From sequence record MT446404.1: a stretch of DNA of 51,754 nucleotides; one strand, 5' to 3'. This DNA comes from Escherichia virus TH30. Positions 10,673-21,123 of the stretch are shown here, one piece after another. The position numbers and the translations under genes were made by a program. The notes beneath the pieces were generated by a model, which was given only the letters and a program-made list of their open reading frames with translations, was not told the DNA's origin and searched no databases. Positions within the stretch are counted from its first letter, which is position 1. Every line of letters starts with the position of its first letter.

Positions 10673-11301
10673 TTATTTTTTGTGCATTTGCTTAAGCGCT
10701 TCCGCTTCCATCACACGCACATCATTTAAGGCCATTTCTTCACAATCTATTTTATAGATTCGAAATAGCATAGGCAAGACATTATAATCAAGCCCGTAAG
10801 CTCCGGCTCCGGCAGACCTCCATTGAGTTTGCATTGCGGTGAATACTTCCCATGACTGGTAAGTTTCCTCGTCAAATTGCAATATCTCCGGATCTTCGTT
10901 GTCGTAGTCCTCACGGGTTAATCCGTATGCCTCAAGTTCTGCGTCGGTGGGCGTTCGCCTGAATAGTAGCTCGACCGCCCGTTTTAGTTTTTTACTCGGT
11001 AGCCAGCCAGTGCTTGAGTGTAGGTTGAGATCAGGCCACCAACAACGGCAGGGTAACTATCAACCAGCTTGTTAATGTTTTCATCATTGAACTCATCCTC
11101 AAGCTCCCACCCGCTAGCCAGGGATTTTACAAACTGAGCACCAGTCTGATTGCTGGCTTCTTTCAGCGTGGCGTTAAGCTCAGATGACGTCAGCGCCTTG
11201 ACAGTGAATGCAAATGTAGCTTCAACTCCGTTAGGCAATACGAATTTAACCGGAAGCTGGAAGTCTGGCAGGCGTTCAGATAGGGTTACTTTAAAGCTCA
11301 T
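10673..11301 (-). CDS. tail assembly chaperone GT-like fusion made by -1 programmed frameshift
   Basis: mRNA reads GUA AAA AAC UAA at the G stop; the -1 frame is open from the slip site through ORF 10673..10882. Confidence 0.5.
10984..11301 (-). CDS. tail assembly chaperone (lambda G-like, 105 aa)
   Basis: Acidic small protein between major tail and tape measure genes; ends on slippery heptamer. Confidence 0.6.
   Translation of the reverse strand: MSFKVTLSERLPDFQLPVKFVLPNGVEATFAFTVKALTSSELNATLKEASNQTGAQFVKSLASGWELEDEFNDENINKLVDSYPAVVGGLISTYTQALAGYRVKN
10987..10993 (-). promoter_or_regulatory. slippery heptamer A_AAA_AAC for -1 ribosomal frameshift
   Basis: Plus-strand gtttttt = AAAAAAC on mRNA, directly before the G stop codon. 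Confidence 0.5.
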
Positions 11302-11345
11302 GGTGTTTTCCTCTTTGTTTGAATTGGTGATATTAAATCATAAAT

Positions 11346-11370
11346 AGAAAAAGGGGGCAATAGCCCCCTT
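11346..11370 (-). terminator. rho-independent terminator downstream of major tail protein gene
   Basis: GGGGGC-aata-GCCCCC hairpin then U-run on minus transcript. Confidence 0.65.
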
Positions 11371-11373
11371 GTA

Positions 11374-12045
11374 TTACGCAGATTCTTTCATGTGCGTGTA
11401 TTTGCCATCAAGTGAGATGGTCAGGATGGTCGTTTCATCTTCGTTCATCACCGTGTTAGGGATGTCATCGAAAGATGGCGTACCAGAGAAGGTGCGAATC
11501 GGATAGCTTGCCTTCGGTACGAACATTCGCATAGCGCGCGTCTTGCCGTCTTCGTCGTAACCAATCAGAAGCTGGGTGATTGGGTTAGAGTAGTCGAAGT
11601 CGAACGTATACGCGATGGACGTCGCAGATTTAAAGGTCGGGATCTGCTTCTCGCGGTCATCTGAAAGGCACTGCTTGGTATAGAACTGCTGCTCACCACC
11701 AGATTTTGCGATGTCGCTAACGCATGGAATTTCAATCCAGCTTTCGATCTTAACCAGTGTGGAAGCGCCGCCAGCGGGGAACTTGTTAAGGTCAGCCGTG
11801 GAAGTGTTCTTGTCACCTTCAAGCGTGATTGATGCGTCCAGGGTTACTTCTTTCACTCGCATTACGCGATTTTTAAATGCAGCCCACACGCTTTCCAGCA
11901 CCAAGACGTAATCGCCCTTCACAATGCCAGTGGTAGATGAAACAGTTGCTACCGGATTCTCCGCGTTGCTTACTGCGGTTGCTTCGATTTCGGTCGCTGA
12001 TCGGGTCTGCTCAATAAAGATTTGGGAACCGTTAGGAAGTGCCAT
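11374..12045 (-). CDS. major tail protein (223 aa)
   Basis: Position upstream of G/GT and followed by a strong terminator. Confidence 0.55.
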   Translation of the reverse strand: MALPNGSQIFIEQTRSATEIEATAVSNAENPVATVSSTTGIVKGDYVLVLESVWAAFKNRVMRVKEVTLDASITLEGDKNTSTADLNKFPAGGASTLVKIESWIEIPCVSDIAKSGGEQQFYTKQCLSDDREKQIPTFKSATSIAYTFDFDYSNPITQLLIGYDEDGKTRAMRMFVPKASYPIRTFSGTPSFDDIPNTVMNEDETTILTISLDGKYTHMKESA

Positions 12046-12058
12046 AGTTAATGCTCCT

Positions 12059-12478
12059 TTATTCGTCGTATTGTACTGTGAAGCGGATTGGAATTAACCA
12101 GCCTCGTTGTGATTTCTGCACGGGCTTTTGGCTCGCGCCTTCAAAAATAAAACCTACAGAAAGGATTTTACCATCTTCGAAGAAATTAGCAATTTCTTTT
12201 GCCAGTTTGCGCGCGTCGTCCATGCCAGTATCAGGAGAGAACACAATGCCAATCTGTACGAGGCCACGAATCCTGATACACTTCCTGCTCAAAGATTTAT
12301 ACGTCTTCTCTGCCGGAATGTAATCGAACTTCAACCACGCTGAGCCATCATCAGGCTCTTTGAATGGAACGTTCTCGCACATGATCGGGAATCGACTTCC
12401 GAACTCACCATGTAGCGCCTTACGCGCCGCGACCGCCAGGTCATAATCGTCATAAACCATTTTTATTCCTTGATTCAA
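12059..12478 (-). CDS. tail completion / terminator-like protein (139 aa)
   Basis: Synteny only. Confidence 0.35.
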   Translation of the reverse strand: MNQGIKMVYDDYDLAVAARKALHGEFGSRFPIMCENVPFKEPDDGSAWLKFDYIPAEKTYKSLSRKCIRIRGLVQIGIVFSPDTGMDDARKLAKEIANFFEDGKILSVGFIFEGASQKPVQKSQRGWLIPIRFTVQYDE

Positions 12479-12893
12479 TAATTGCTTCTGCCATGTAAGA
12501 TCTCAACCGGATAGCAACCAAGCCAAGCACGCCAGCGGGAGCTTGCTGTGAATGTCCGTACTCCAGAGCATTTGCATAGATCAGCATGTTAGAAAAATAG
12601 ATGGTAGTTACCGCCCCGCCACGACCTAACGGCAATGCGTTAGCTGTTCGTATACCTGCTGCGATGGTGGCGTTACCGGATTTGTCATACTCATTCAGCG
12701 CGTACATTGGGATGTGATTATAGGTTATCTGCCAGTTGGCTCTAAAGCGACCTGTATCAACTGGTGAGCCTTTAACTAAATCGGCGTGTACAGCCTTGAC
12801 GAACTCACGAATAACGTCATCAAGGCCAGATTTCACCTGTTTAATCCACTTCTCTATATCGCCCTGGAACTTCCTGACGATATAGTTAGCCAT
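12450..12893 (-). CDS. head-tail joining protein, hypothetical (start probably ATG at 12893, MANYIVRKF)
   Basis: ORF 12450..12992 trimmed to the internal ATG that overlaps the upstream stop. Confidence 0.3.
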   Translation of the reverse strand: MANYIVRKFQGDIEKWIKQVKSGLDDVIREFVKAVHADLVKGSPVDTGRFRANWQITYNHIPMYALNEYDKSGNATIAAGIRTANALPLGRGGAVTTIYFSNMLIYANALEYGHSQQAPAGVLGLVAIRLRSYMAEAIIESRNKNGL

Positions 12894-13266
12894 GCGCCGC
12901 CACCTTACGCAAGATCGGACGGTATGCGATAACGTGAGATTGAGTCGGGTTAACTGGTCGATTATCAACGACGCGCCAGTGCTGGCCCTCAAGGATGATA
13001 ATCATCCCATTCTCAATCGGTGTAACGTTAGAAAAGAACGCACGCTTGTCGCCCAGCTTGATAGATTCGCCATCAATCATGTGATAGCTGATCGCTCGTA
13101 CAGCGCCGAAAACTTTTCCGCGAACCTCCGGTACTTTCACCTCTTCACCGTCAACCATTTGGACGCCGCCACCAGAGATGATGATGTCGAATCCGACCTC
13201 ATCGTTTCCAGAGAAGGCATTAATCCCCTGATCGGTAAGCCTTTGGACTTCGTTATAATCAATCAT
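12886..13266 (-). CDS. head-tail joining protein, hypothetical (start probably 13266, MIDYNEV)
   Basis: ATGA overlap with upstream gene stop; synteny. Confidence 0.3.
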   Translation of the reverse strand: MIDYNEVQRLTDQGINAFSGNDEVGFDIIISGGGVQMVDGEEVKVPEVRGKVFGAVRAISYHMIDGESIKLGDKRAFFSNVTPIENGMIIILEGQHWRVVDNRPVNPTQSHVIAYRPILRKVAAHG

Positions 13267-13676
13267 CGCACACACCCCCGCGCCCGAATACCAGAGATAA
13301 GGCCGAAGCCGCCGCCTTTCTTCTTGTTGAGAACGTCGTACATTTTGCCCCATGGGGTTTGTGTAATCTGACGCCCATCAGTGTTCTGAGTTACAGATCC
13401 GTAGCCAGTCGAAAATTCACCACTCAGGGAGAATGACGTTACTCGCCGTGAGTAGTTCTCCAGACTTTCATTCTCTCCCTTCATTGCACCATCCAGAAAC
13501 ATCAAGTGCATGGTGTACAGGGCCAGTGCTTTGTAATAGTCAGCACCGAATTTATTCTTGCACACGAATGACTCAGCCAGCATTATCCACGCTAGGAAGG
13601 TGACACTATCAACCTTTCGTAATGCTGGTGCCAACTGGCACATAAACTCGAACGCCTTAATCTGATCTTCATTCAT
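13263..13676 (-). CDS. head-tail connector / head completion protein, hypothetical (137 aa)
   Basis: Synteny only. Confidence 0.3.
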   Translation of the reverse strand: MNEDQIKAFEFMCQLAPALRKVDSVTFLAWIMLAESFVCKNKFGADYYKALALYTMHLMFLDGAMKGENESLENYSRRVTSFSLSGEFSTGYGSVTQNTDGRQITQTPWGKMYDVLNKKKGGGFGLISGIRARGCVR

Positions 13677-13692
13677 AGTAGCTTCCTCATGT

Positions 13693-13720
13693 TAAAAAAA
13701 AGGGACGCATCAGCGCCCCT
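13693..13720 (-). terminator. rho-independent terminator (minus strand)
   Basis: A8 run on plus strand then GGGACGC-atca-GCGCCCC hairpin. Confidence 0.5.
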
Positions 13721-13725
13721 ATAGG

Positions 13726-13998
13726 TTATTTGTATTCCTTGCCAGTTTCAAGATCTTCGATGTCTTTCACTTCTTTTTCCGGCTTAACCTTCGCGGCCTT
13801 TTTGATTTCGGCGATGTATTCACGCGTGCGCTTCGGATCGTCTTCAAATTCAATGTCTTTACGCAAGAACAGGTATTTCAACGCCTGGGATTTGATTTGT
13901 TCCTCTGTAACTTCCAGAGTGTCATCAGGTTTTATATCTTGCTTTTCGATACGAACCAGACAAGCGCCGATGTTCTTAATGACGTTTTTCTTAGCCAT
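13726..13998 (-). CDS. small Lys/Glu-rich protein (90 aa), bracketed by terminators
   Basis: ORF between two terminators next to capsid gene. Confidence 0.4.
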   Translation of the reverse strand: MAKKNVIKNIGACLVRIEKQDIKPDDTLEVTEEQIKSQALKYLFLRKDIEFEDDPKRTREYIAEIKKAAKVKPEKEVKDIEDLETGKEYK

Positions 13999-14074
13999 GT
14001 TTATTTCCTTTTGATTAGTTTAACGAGTGTATTGCCTAGGCGTTCAATGTAATCGTTTTGATGTTGCATGTCAA

Positions 14075-14105
14075 TAAAAAAAGCCCCTGACGTTAATCAG
14101 GAGCT
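14075..14105 (-). terminator. rho-independent terminator downstream of major capsid gene
   Basis: A-run then CCTGA-cgttaa-TCAGG hairpin on plus strand. Confidence 0.55.
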
Positions 14106-14110
14106 TTGTC

Positions 14111-15064
14111 TTACTTACCTACGCCAACCAGCATGATAATCGTCAGTGGACGATATACGATCAGGCCAGTGGTCTTGGAAGTGCACGGGACTTTAAAGTG
14201 CAAATCCTTCGCCTGCATCGGCAGCATATTGAAAGACTCAGGGATCTCGATGCTCATGTTCATCGGGTCTTTCTCATACGCCAGTACAGCTTTCGTGCCT
14301 GCGCCGTCGATGTCTTCCAGTTCGGAGATGGAAGAGATGGTGATGCCACCGTTCTGAGACTTGAACCAGTCCAGATAGCTCATCGTGGTTTCCGGCATAC
14401 GCTTAGCGAGCAATTTACGCTGGGACGGCGGGATGACGATGTCGGTGATCTTGTGCTGACCATTGGTCAGGGTTTCCATCTTCTCGATCAGGTCGGTCAG
14501 TTCTTCGCTTGCTTTCTCTGCGTCAGCCCATGCGCCAGTAGCGGAGGTTACGCGGGTGATGTTCGGATGGTCGAAAACAGAGATGATTTTGTGAGGCTTG
14601 GAGCCTTTGAAAACCAACTGGTTAACCAGAGTTTCGTGACCTTCGCGCGCCAGAGTAGCTTTACGATCCGACAGGCTTGAACCAAGCGCTGCACCAGTTT
14701 TGATCTCGTCGATAGAGATCAGCCACGCGTTACCGAGGCGGTGAACTCGACCAGATTCCAGGCTGTGAGTAGCGTCAACAGTCGGCAGGTCGTCGGTGTA
14801 GTCAGCGATAATCTTCGCCATGGTCACGCCGTCAAACTTGAGATATTCGAACAGGTTAGCGGTCGGGCTAATCTCAGTAGTGACAGGGAACAGAGCCAGC
14901 GCGGAGGTTTCAGGGTAAGCCGCTTCATACTGGCGCTTAAGTAACTGAGTCATCTGTTTGACAGTCCAGATGCCAAGCTGATCAGCTTTGTTGCCACTTA
15001 CGCCAAGCTGGCGCATACCGTTAGTAATCATGTTCTGTTCGAAAGCGTCGAGTTTCATAGTCAT
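14111..15064 (-). CDS. major capsid protein (317 aa)
   Basis: Size, position after scaffold gene, terminator on both sides. Confidence 0.65.
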   Translation of the reverse strand: MTMKLDAFEQNMITNGMRQLGVSGNKADQLGIWTVKQMTQLLKRQYEAAYPETSALALFPVTTEISPTANLFEYLKFDGVTMAKIIADYTDDLPTVDATHSLESGRVHRLGNAWLISIDEIKTGAALGSSLSDRKATLAREGHETLVNQLVFKGSKPHKIISVFDHPNITRVTSATGAWADAEKASEELTDLIEKMETLTNGQHKITDIVIPPSQRKLLAKRMPETTMSYLDWFKSQNGGITISSISELEDIDGAGTKAVLAYEKDPMNMSIEIPESFNMLPMQAKDLHFKVPCTSKTTGLIVYRPLTIIMLVGVGK

Positions 15065-15117
15065 AATTTGTTTTCCTTTGTTTGTTAGAAAGCCGTGATT
15101 AAGTTCACGGCTCTATA

Positions 15118-15134
15118 ATAGCACTTTTTGTTAA
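15118..15134 (+). promoter_or_regulatory. 17-bp conserved motif ATAGCACTTTTTGTTAA, inverted relative to the minus-strand genes here
   Basis: Sits 54 nt upstream of capsid start with an adjacent hairpin. Confidence 0.4.
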
Positions 15135-15181
15135 GCGTGCAACAGCTTTTTATGTTAAGCGCTTATGTCGTTCTCTGGAAA

Positions 15182-15205
15182 TAAAAAAGGAGCCTTTCGG
15201 CTCCC
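15182..15205 (-). terminator. rho-independent terminator (minus strand)
   Basis: GGAGCC-tttc-GGCTCC hairpin preceded by A-run on plus strand. Confidence 0.65.
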
Positions 15206-15221
15206 TATTATGGTTCAGCTA

Positions 15222-15734
15222 TTAAGCTGCCGGACTTGCCGGAAGCTGGAATTGAGCTTGAGTAACCTGGATTTTGATAATGTCGAAGTTCTCATCATCA
15301 GTCTTTAGCCACTCGCCGGTGGTGGTGTAAACAGTGCCAATGCCAGTTGCCGCCACAGTACCCGAAGCGGTCAAGAATACCTGCTTATTGAACTCTTTGT
15401 TCACTTCAGGCAGGTCTTTAGCACACAGTACCCATGCGCGACCGTTGGTCAGTACGTTGATTGCGGAACCTTCTTCATAAACACCCGCCGGAGAGTATGC
15501 GTGAGACATGATTGCTACGCCCACCAGGTTCGGAGTTTCTGCCGAGATGGTGTCAGTTACGACTTTGTGACCATCAACAACCTTTTCAGTAGGGTCGAGG
15601 GCGACTACCACGCCAACCTTAATTTCTTTAGCCGCCGCACAAGCTCCATCAACGTTGTAGAGAGAGGTGTCAGCCAGCAGGCCTGCATATGCTTTTGAAC
15701 GGTTAACCGTATAAGATGCTTTGATTAGTGCCAT
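15222..15734 (-). CDS. head structural / decoration protein (170 aa)
   Basis: Position between scaffold and capsid genes, followed by terminator. Confidence 0.35.
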   Translation of the reverse strand: MALIKASYTVNRSKAYAGLLADTSLYNVDGACAAAKEIKVGVVVALDPTEKVVDGHKVVTDTISAETPNLVGVAIMSHAYSPAGVYEEGSAINVLTNGRAWVLCAKDLPEVNKEFNKQVFLTASGTVAATGIGTVYTTTGEWLKTDDENFDIIKIQVTQAQFQLPASPAA

Positions 15735-15787
15735 GATATTTTTCCTTTTTCACTTAGAGATTAAGCGGCCTTTCGACCGCCATTTTA

Positions 15788-16918
15788 TTACTTACGGAAG
15801 CGCGCCTGAGGATCAGGAATCGCGTCATCATCTTTGTCGCCTTGAGCGCCGTCAGCTTTATCGCCGTGCACTTTGATGCGTTGAGCAGCCATCTTATCAG
15901 AATCGCGAGCGATTTCATAAGACTGATTGATGTATGCGTCGGATTTTTCTTTCGCGTCAATACCGAGAACTTCGTCAATTACTGCCAGTTTGATAGCCTT
16001 CTCATCCAGGCCGTCGCACTTGATACCAAGGCCGGAAGCGAAAGTGAGAACAGCTCCCAGCGCGTCAGCTTTTTCTTTTGCTTCCGCTAGAGCCGCTTCG
16101 ATCTGGGCAGGAATGCCGTCAACCTTTGCTTTCAGCGCATCGCGCTCAGCTTGCAGGCCGTCAACTTTAGCACCAGCTTGCTCTGCTGCGGTTTGCAGCT
16201 TGCCGATGTGGTCAGCTACGTCTTTGGACACTTCCACTTCTGCTGAATCAATTTTAATTTTTACGGTCATGTTACTTTCCTCATTGGTTAATTGAACATG
16301 CTCATCATATTTAATTTCTTCTGAGCCGTCAAGGTTTAATCTGGCAATACCTGCGCGCCCGTGCTTTACCTTGGCAACGTGGTTAGGGACGATGTTCGTT
16401 TGCAGCACGTCAAACTCTTCCCACTCGTCGGTCATGACGGTTCCGTTAGGGAATTGCGCCTCCATCCCTTCCGCATCATCCTTGAAAACATACTCACCAG
16501 TATTGACATTTCCCCACCCTTCGCGGTGGATGTCATTAGTCTTGTAACCAACGGACAATTCTGCGGCGTCGCCACGCTTGGCGGATTCAATGGATTCCTT
16601 GTCGTGAATTACGATCGGACACTTCAAGCCGATTCCATCACGACGACCAGCGCCGGATAGTGAGCCAACAACAATCTTTCGTGCGTTGCTTGTGCTTACT
16701 TCCTGGTGACCTTCTACGATCGGCATACCGCGAAATAGCTCCATGGCCTCAGCCTTGAACACTTCGTTGGCTGGTCGGAACTCACGCTGCATTGTTCCAT
16801 CGGCACGCATATATTCCTGAATGCCGATTCGTGCAATGATTGGCTCATCGTGCATGAATCCGTTCGAGTCAAAGCGTGCTTTCAGTTGCACGCTATCGTA
16901 TCGTTGCTTAGTGGTCAT
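15788..16918 (-). CDS. scaffolding protein (possibly with prohead protease function, 376 aa)
   Basis: Ala/Glu/Lys-rich coiled-coil segment; upstream of capsid gene. Confidence 0.45.
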   Translation of the reverse strand: MTTKQRYDSVQLKARFDSNGFMHDEPIIARIGIQEYMRADGTMQREFRPANEVFKAEAMELFRGMPIVEGHQEVSTSNARKIVVGSLSGAGRRDGIGLKCPIVIHDKESIESAKRGDAAELSVGYKTNDIHREGWGNVNTGEYVFKDDAEGMEAQFPNGTVMTDEWEEFDVLQTNIVPNHVAKVKHGRAGIARLNLDGSEEIKYDEHVQLTNEESNMTVKIKIDSAEVEVSKDVADHIGKLQTAAEQAGAKVDGLQAERDALKAKVDGIPAQIEAALAEAKEKADALGAVLTFASGLGIKCDGLDEKAIKLAVIDEVLGIDAKEKSDAYINQSYEIARDSDKMAAQRIKVHGDKADGAQGDKDDDAIPDPQARFRK

Positions 16919-17397
16919 TTTTTACTCCCGTGATTTTTATGAAATTTATATACAGACTCCGCAACCTTTCTTGCAGAGATTGCGTCATCTTTTCTATCGT
17001 ATCTACCAAGGAATTTCTCCTTTTTGTCCACCCTTATTGAAGCAATCCATTTACTGGTTCTCTTACACCAGCTAACTCCAACAACTCCGCTTTTGTTTGA
17101 CTTGCTCATGGATACGTTTTTGCAATTCTCTTGTCTAGTTACGAGCCTTAGGTTTTCTATCCTGTTATCATCCCTAATATGGTTTATATGGTCAATCTCC
17201 ATTCCTTCAGGTATTTTACCATGGTGCATCTCCCATATTACCCTATGAGCCGGAGTTAGCCTACCCATAATCCTAACGTAAATATATCCATCCTCATCCT
17301 TCCAGCCAGCCACATCGCCAACTTTAACCCTTTTCGATGTCGGATTTTTCCAGATGAGATCTTTCTCTATATGATAAAAATAATCATTGAAATTCAT
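16915..17397 (-). CDS. HNH homing endonuclease (160 aa)
   Basis: EIDHINHIRDDNRIENLRLVTRQEN His-Asn-His motif; wedged between head genes with 4-nt overlaps. Confidence 0.85.
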   Translation of the reverse strand: MNFNDYFYHIEKDLIWKNPTSKRVKVGDVAGWKDEDGYIYVRIMGRLTPAHRVIWEMHHGKIPEGMEIDHINHIRDDNRIENLRLVTRQENCKNVSMSKSNKSGVVGVSWCKRTSKWIASIRVDKKEKFLGRYDRKDDAISARKVAESVYKFHKNHGSKK

Positions 17398-18164
17398 AGT
17401 TGATTCCCACTGCTATCAAATGATGGCACGGCCCAGCATCGGCAGCCGTAAGGCTCACCAGGGAACGGATGGTCACTTGAGATCTCAATACGTTTCCCTT
17501 CCCATTTTACGTGCTGCAATCGCTCGCGTTCATCCAGCTTACCATGCCAGAAGTAGTGAGTTACTCCCGCATCATCCAGGCGCTGGCGCATCAGTACGCT
17601 GTTCCATGTGGACACGATTCCACGTGAGCGATTCACGGTCCAGCCAGTATACACCTTGTAGCGCTGCTTTAAAACTTCATCAATCTGCTGACTGGTTTTA
17701 TTGCGCACGTTTTCGACGCGTAGGTTTTGCGACCAGTCAGAGATGATGTCGTTCGATAGCTTTAGAATGCTTGCCTCAGCCGAGCCTCGCCATTGCGATG
17801 ACTTCTCGCGATACCATGACTCATTAGCATTCGCCCCAAGCGCGCCAAGCAAGATCACAGACTGATTCTTTCCGCCGCCAGCTTTCTTTGCCACGCTGAG
17901 GAATTGCCTTGAGTTGAACTTGTAGATGGTCAAGGCCAGCGCCGGAAGTGTGGCAACAATCGCCGCGATAAGTCCTGCTGCGTATTCCTCAAGCTCACTT
18001 TCTGCATCATTGATTTCTTCGTCCGAAGCGTCAAATCTCATGCCGCCAGTAAGCGATCTGGCTTTCTTTGCCATCTCGCCAGCGAAGGTTGACAATGAGC
18101 GGCTAAGCTGCCGCTCGCTTGCTTCGGGGTAACTCCATTGATTTACAATGCCGTTAACCTTCAT
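17394..18164 (-). CDS. head morphogenesis protein (SPP1 gp7-like, 256 aa)
   Basis: Position immediately downstream of portal. Confidence 0.5.
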   Translation of the reverse strand: MKVNGIVNQWSYPEASERQLSRSLSTFAGEMAKKARSLTGGMRFDASDEEINDAESELEEYAAGLIAAIVATLPALALTIYKFNSRQFLSVAKKAGGGKNQSVILLGALGANANESWYREKSSQWRGSAEASILKLSNDIISDWSQNLRVENVRNKTSQQIDEVLKQRYKVYTGWTVNRSRGIVSTWNSVLMRQRLDDAGVTHYFWHGKLDERERLQHVKWEGKRIEISSDHPFPGEPYGCRCWAVPSFDSSGNQL

Positions 18165-18166
18165 GA

Positions 18167-19429
18167 TTATTCCTCGTTGTTCACCTGCGGGTTAGTTGGT
18201 TCGATTTCTTCAAGCTCCGGCGCTGGGCCTTGAATCTTGATAAAGTCTGCGATTGCCTCAAGTGTATCACGCGCCTCGTCACGGTCAATGACCTGCTCAG
18301 CCAACAGCTTCGAAAGCGAATCAACGTTATTCTTCAACGTCTCAGATTGCTCTTTCTCGCTTGGCATTGATAACGGCTCAAAGCGGACCGACCATTCTTC
18401 TTCCTGCACAATCATCGGAATTAACCACTCCAGAAGCGGCCTGTAATACTCGTTACGCTTGCGGTCAATCATCTTGTAGAAAGTCTCAAGCGCTGTATTC
18501 TGGCTCGCTGACACGCCGCCTACGTTCTTATTCTTGAGGATAATCTCATGAATCTGCGAGTAGTTTACGATGCGGTCCATCTTCTTATCAAGGAATGTAT
18601 CGACGCCGCCAATGTCAGAGTTAAGAACGTCGTATTCTTCGTCGGTGGCATCAATGCCAATCGTACGGCCTACGCCGCTATTGTCATCAACCTGAGCTAA
18701 TCGAAGTCGTGCCGCGTAACGCCCTTCGTCATCGTCGCACAAATCCGCCAGACCTTTAGCTTTCCATACGCCTTGTTGCTTACGGCGCAATAGCTGAGTC
18801 GCCAGTTCCTCACAGTAGTTGTAGTCCAGAATGGCATCAATCAAGCCCTTACTCAGTACAGATGCTCCCCAATCGTTATTCTGCGCGCGAAGTGAGCCAG
18901 GGACACGCTCGCCTCCGTTAACATAGATTCGCGTGTAGTGGACGTCGTATTCCGGTACGCTGCCGCCAGGGTTAATGGTGTAAATCTTCGGCATACCATA
19001 GCGAGGATTTCGTGCGTTCTTCTCGCGGTCCTTGATGCGGATCTGCTCTTTCTCGTACACGCGGATTGATTCAAGCTGCGCACCTTCCTTGATTGGTGAT
19101 GTTAGCAGGCGATTATCACGGACGACGGCGACGATAGCCGATCCACCATAAAGCCGTTCCCATGAGAACGCCTCAACGATCTGCTTATTCAGCTTCATGC
19201 CATCCCACAAAGATTTGAATGCTTTCTCATCCTTCACACCGTCAAGGCCGAATCCAGGGAAAACCATTTCTTCTGGGATTACATCAACAATCTTTTTAGC
19301 CATAGGATCATCAATGTAAAACTGCGTCACATACATCTGATCATATAGCGATGCAAGCGCGCCGCCTGCCGTGCCTTCACCCTTAAACGTCTTGTTGTAA
19401 GAGTCGGTCTTTACGCTTTTTTTACTCAT
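18167..19429 (-). CDS. portal protein (420 aa)
   Basis: Size, acidic C-terminus, position downstream of large terminase. Confidence 0.7.
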   Translation of the reverse strand: MSKKSVKTDSYNKTFKGEGTAGGALASLYDQMYVTQFYIDDPMAKKIVDVIPEEMVFPGFGLDGVKDEKAFKSLWDGMKLNKQIVEAFSWERLYGGSAIVAVVRDNRLLTSPIKEGAQLESIRVYEKEQIRIKDREKNARNPRYGMPKIYTINPGGSVPEYDVHYTRIYVNGGERVPGSLRAQNNDWGASVLSKGLIDAILDYNYCEELATQLLRRKQQGVWKAKGLADLCDDDEGRYAARLRLAQVDDNSGVGRTIGIDATDEEYDVLNSDIGGVDTFLDKKMDRIVNYSQIHEIILKNKNVGGVSASQNTALETFYKMIDRKRNEYYRPLLEWLIPMIVQEEEWSVRFEPLSMPSEKEQSETLKNNVDSLSKLLAEQVIDRDEARDTLEAIADFIKIQGPAPELEEIEPTNPQVNNEE

Positions 19430-19480
19430 CTGCTTTTCTCCAAATAAAAATGGCTAGGTTGTTAGCCTAGCCATTATACA

Positions 19481-21064
19481 TTATTTGCGCATTCCCGCTA
19501 ATCGTTTCATTCGAGCTACCGGATCATCAAGCAAGTTCATTTCGAAGTTGCCAGCATCAACCACGTTATCCACGATGTCATCGTGAGGATGGCTATCGTC
19601 AAAGGTGAATCCGACCAGTTCCGCCTCCATTTCAGTAAGCATTGGGTGTGATTCAGGAAACACGATTCGACCTGCCTTCATGATTGGTGCTGCGTCCATT
19701 GCGCGCGTAACCTTGTCGGTATCTCGCTGCACTGGCGTGATGTCAATCGGAAGCTTCTTGTTGATTGACTGAATCAGGCCCGTACCGCTTGCCTTGTCTT
19801 CAATGTAAACCTTGCGTAGTGACGTCTTGTTCTCCTTCGCCCACTTGAAGCAGTTTCCGTAAAAGTTAAGAGCCATCTTTTCAAGGTCCGGCGCTTCCCA
19901 CTTGCCGCGAATGCCGTCTATGAAATATACGCGATCCTTATACTTGCCCCACAAAACAAATACGCTGTAGTCGTGTATTTCCTCTGCTTTCTGCGCTGTA
20001 TCCGCAGTGGTGAACAGGTATTCGAAGCGTTCCGGTTTTGGCATGTTGGCTTTTTCACCGTCGCCGTAATACTGGAACCAGTCCGATTTGAACGCGTTAC
20101 CACCAAGCGCGATGGGCTTCTGCTGATACTGCGATTCAAACGTGTACAGGTCAGCTTCGCGCAACGCCAGTAGGCTTTCTGCGCTTTCCTTCGCGGGCCA
20201 GAAAGAGAAGTGTTCAACGCCGTCAATCATTACCGATGGGGAGGATAGCACGTCTCTGTCAAATTCCTCTTTCAACCAGTCAGGAAGCGTGTCTCTGTAT
20301 TCCTCAGTTACCAGCGCCGGAATGATTACCTGCTCAAACTTCATGCCGCCCATTCCGCCATTCATCAGGAACCATGTCGCGTCATTAACATGCAGTCTCT
20401 GCTGCACAACAACGCATGGCGTCTTGTCGTTCATCCTTCGAGATCGAACGGTATTCTTTAATAGCGTGTGACCAGCCTTCCTTTTCACTGCTGAGTATAA
20501 ATCTTTCGGCTTCTCAGGGTCATCAAGCGTCAACATGCCAGTGAATCCATCGTCCATATACCCGCCACGCTTACCAGTTACCTGGCCACCTATGGCGCGC
20601 GATGTTAACGTCAGCCACGCCTTGTCATTACTGTTTAGCGCTGTAATGTCTCCTCCTGAAGCTTTCGCTAGCTTGCAAGGCCATAACTCCTGGAACTCAT
20701 CAGATCCCAATATCTCTCGCGTCCTGATCCCGTTATCCTTCACTAGGCTGTCAGAGAATGAAAGGTTTAGGTTTCTTATCTTGCTACTGTGGAACATTCC
20801 GTAAACTGGCATGTGTATAGAAAATATCTCAGTTTTACCGGAGCCTGGAGTGATGTTGAATATGATGTTCTGTATCTCACCCTTAATGATCTGCTCAACC
20901 TTCCAGCAAAGGTAAGTGAAGTGCCAGTTAGATCTAAACTTCTGAGCCTGTATCAGTGCGAACCATATACGCATAAAGTCACTAAACGACCTTTCGCTCA
21001 TCACCTTTATTACCGCCTTTTCCTTTGGTGTCAGATCTTCCCAAATCAATATCTTGTTAGACAT
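19481..21064 (-). CDS. terminase large subunit (527 aa)
   Basis: Walker A-like TPGSGKTE near N-terminus; C-terminal acidic nuclease-like region. Confidence 0.8.
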   Translation of the reverse strand: MSNKILIWEDLTPKEKAVIKVMSERSFSDFMRIWFALIQAQKFRSNWHFTYLCWKVEQIIKGEIQNIIFNITPGSGKTEIFSIHMPVYGMFHSSKIRNLNLSFSDSLVKDNGIRTREILGSDEFQELWPCKLAKASGGDITALNSNDKAWLTLTSRAIGGQVTGKRGGYMDDGFTGMLTLDDPEKPKDLYSAVKRKAGHTLLKNTVRSRRMNDKTPCVVVQQRLHVNDATWFLMNGGMGGMKFEQVIIPALVTEEYRDTLPDWLKEEFDRDVLSSPSVMIDGVEHFSFWPAKESAESLLALREADLYTFESQYQQKPIALGGNAFKSDWFQYYGDGEKANMPKPERFEYLFTTADTAQKAEEIHDYSVFVLWGKYKDRVYFIDGIRGKWEAPDLEKMALNFYGNCFKWAKENKTSLRKVYIEDKASGTGLIQSINKKLPIDITPVQRDTDKVTRAMDAAPIMKAGRIVFPESHPMLTEMEAELVGFTFDDSHPHDDIVDNVVDAGNFEMNLLDDPVARMKRLAGMRK

Positions 21065-21123
21065 AGCAAAAACCCCTAAACATTAATTGTCAGGGGTTAT
21101 TTTATCCACATAGTCAGATTTTA

